Below are positions 35,064 through 35,682 of a DNA stretch of 35,682 nt, piece by piece. Under the pieces are notes generated by a model that saw nothing but the letters and a program-made list of their open reading frames with translations, was not told the origin of the DNA and made no database searches. Each line of letters opens with the position of its first letter. Within the stretch, counting starts at the first letter, position 1. Source of the stretch: an uncultured virus (IMG/VR IMGVR_UViG_3300027687_000005) (lineage: Duplodnaviria; Heunggongvirae; Uroviricota; Caudoviricetes); IMG/VR virus record IMGVR_UViG_3300027687_000005; one strand, given 5' to 3'. A program made the translations under genes and the position numbers.

Positions 35064-35561
35064 ATGAAAATCTATGCAGCTTGCTTAGCATCATATAACA
35101 ACGGAACACTTTATGGAAAATGGATTGATGTTGTCGGGGAATGGTCCGACGAAATCAGCGATCAAATCCAGAACATGATTGACGCATCGCCGACACCCGG
35201 CGCGGAAGAATATGCAATCCACGATTATGATAATTTACCCGACTTTGGAGAGCATCCAGACTTGCAAGCTATTTCGGATTATTGCCGACTTGTTGAGGAA
35301 TATGATCATCTGGGTGAGGACGGTGTGCGCGCTATTGTCGACAACTGTAATGGCAATGTCGATCAAGCCTCCAAGGATTGCGAAAACGCCGTCTGTTATA
35401 GCAGCTTTCAAGATTATGCAGACGAATTGGCCGACGAAATGTTGCACGGCGTAGGCCAGAATATTGCATCATATTTCGATTACGAAGCTCACGCCAGAGA
35501 CCTCCGCCACGATTACATCGTGATTGAAATCGACGGGAGGCACACAATCATCACCCACTGA
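35064..35561 (+). CDS. ardA: Antirestriction protein ArdA
   Basis: IY.ACLASYNNG.L.G.WID, EEYAIHDYD, YFDYEA.ARDL; strongly acidic. Confidence 0.92.
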   Translation: MKIYAACLASYNNGTLYGKWIDVVGEWSDEISDQIQNMIDASPTPGAEEYAIHDYDNLPDFGEHPDLQAISDYCRLVEEYDHLGEDGVRAIVDNCNGNVDQASKDCENAVCYSSFQDYADELADEMLHGVGQNIASYFDYEAHARDLRHDYIVIEIDGRHTIITH

Positions 35562-35611
35562 GATTTGTATCGGTGACCCTGCCGTTTTCGGTAGGGCATC
35601 CCATGCAAATC
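35562..35611 (+). other. Long interrupted hairpin (RNase III site-like or terminator)
   Basis: GATTTGTAT..CCCTGCCG-TTTT-CGGTAGGG..ATGCAAATC. Confidence 0.6.
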
Positions 35612-35639
35612 CCTGCATGTTTTGAGAGGACTAATTAAG

Positions 35640-35682
35640 ATGACAATCGGCGGATATAAATTAAAAGATGAGGGCTTTGGCT
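35640..35682 (+). CDS. Start of next early gene (truncated)
   Basis: GAGG RBS then ATG, open to the window end. Confidence 0.5.
   Translation, partial: MTIGGYKLKDEGFG

Larger units (their letters stand above)
31856..35682 (+). mobile_element. Phage segment B: T7-like (Autographiviridae) right end, terminus and early region; left boundary lies further upstream
   Basis: gp18/gp19-like pair, T7-class promoter, short terminal repeats, co-directional early genes. Confidence 0.8.

Noticed and set aside
1..35682. tRNA, rRNA, host genes, attL/attR, endolysin, phage RNA or DNA polymerase, reverse transcriptase/DGR
   Set aside because: None recognisable by eye; polymerases and lysin probably lie outside the window.

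Overview
The whole window is tailed dsDNA phage sequence, probably from marine alphaproteobacterial (roseobacter-type) podoviruses; the host is inferred from DUF1127 genes, a GTA-type holin and gene content. It appears to join two different phages. Segment A (1 to about 28-30 kb) resembles an HMO-2011-type podovirus. Its leftward early/replication arm carries thyX, a Zn-finger/TOPRIM primase, a tyrosine integrase, a C5-methylase-like gene and many small early ORFs. A 1.1 kb divergent non-coding region rich in operator-like palindromes follows, then an HNH endonuclease, a palindromic repeat array with a CU-loop hairpin RNA, and a rightward late arm (TerS, TerL, portal, internal protein with a methyltransferase domain, scaffold, capsid, adaptor, nozzle, S74 tail fibre). 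Segment B (about 30 kb to the end) is T7-like (Autographiviridae): holin, gp18-like TerS, a second gp19-like TerL, a T7-class promoter, terminal short repeats, then early genes including ArdA. The strongest leads are the two-terminase junction through the tail-fibre module, the putative virion-delivered methyltransferase, the repeat array plus cuckoo-like sRNA (with DUF1127 genes in both segments), a four-gene envelope module, and Fur-box-like sites near the probable genome end. All family calls come from motif recognition by eye; no database searches were run.
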